64,000 nt of DNA from Lingula anatina (Eukaryota; Animalia; Brachiopoda). Below, piece by piece: positions 63,260 through 64,000 of this stretch (position 1 is its first letter; each line of letters opens with the position of its first letter). The DNA lies in the NCBI GenBank assembly GCA_051362555.1, contig CM120642.1:8432001-8496000 (forward strand), in the 5' to 3' direction. The position numbers and the translations under genes were made by a program. The notes beneath the pieces are model-generated. The model searched no databases. It was not told the DNA's origin and saw nothing but the letters and a program-made list of their open reading frames with translations.

Positions 63260-64000
63260 TAATACCCTAAGGCGATGTTTTTAGGCAAATGTTAAGATTT
63301 TCTTCCAGTGTTGAATAACGTAGTCATTATAATTCGACAAAAAGACACTTCTTTTTTTCAGTTGAGTGACGTAGTCTTAGAGTCGCCAGATAAATACCTG
63401 AAGGCGATTTTTCCTGACCAATGTTAAGATTTATCAAAACAAAAATTTGGTACAGACTTGCTAACGACCCAGACAGTTGACACTACATTGCATACACGCT
63501 AAAAGCTGTCATTACTGTCCCAAAATTATGGTCCTCAAGTTAATAACATATGCTGAGATAACTATTTTATCATTTTATCATGTGAAGATGATATAAAAAA
63601 ACGATTTTTTTTACCTGTTGCAGATACTGTAATGATCATCATATTAAATACTAAGTTAAAAAATAGTCCCTACATGTACGACCTTTTTGGTAAAGCAATA
63701 AAAGCCATGCGCAATCGTGATCCTTTTTTTTATCTTGACACAACCTTGAAGAGGAAATGGCCTTAATACTGCCCGCTATCAATCATAAACAAGCAGGTGG
63801 AAGTATCATCGCTGTGTGTGTGTGTGTGTGTGTTTTCAGTGTCAGAGAAAAGCACGCTGTATTTTTAATATTCTCGTCTTTACAAATGGAAGGAGGACCT
63901 CAATTATCTTGAAAAAAATTACCCCCCCCCCCCCCACTTCTTATGTACTACTCTGGATACACTATATGCAGTAATGGACATGCCTTAGAATAATATGTAC

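Larger units (their letters stand above)
42810..64000. repeat. Tandem segmental duplication unit 2 (runs to the window end)
   Basis: The window end sequence equals 42531-42590. Extra length comes from LINE and MITE insertions. Confidence 0.95.

Overview
AT-rich, intron-containing animal DNA; a lophotrochozoan, probably a mollusc, is my inference from the domain content. The window is a three-gene cluster of large mosaic type-I membrane proteins. Gene A (+, 1218-17353, 28 coding exons, ~2020 aa) faces two near-identical tandem copies of a diverged paralogue, B1 (-, 23629-40970, 26 exons, ~1930 aa) and B2 (-, 43650-62295). The shared architecture, read from hand-spliced exons, is: signal peptide, C-type lectin (CTL), Sushi-like, CTL(s), Caspr/neurexin-IV-type fibrinogen-like domain, PPC-like domain, 2 EB/EGF-like modules, Cys-rich linker, IgGFc-binding domain, DNDCDGxVDE/DDDNDGxIDED acidic motifs, ZP module, furin site, TM helix and short tail. 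A carries a LamG-like exon inserted inside a CTL, while B has an extra CTL instead. Between A and B1 lies a Penelope-like retroelement with an inverted terminal repeat and hammerhead-like motifs, split by a PIF/Harbinger-type DNA transposon. B1 and B2 differ by an L2/CR1-type LINE, MITEs and minisatellite copy number. All domain calls are by eye from motifs; no searches were run.
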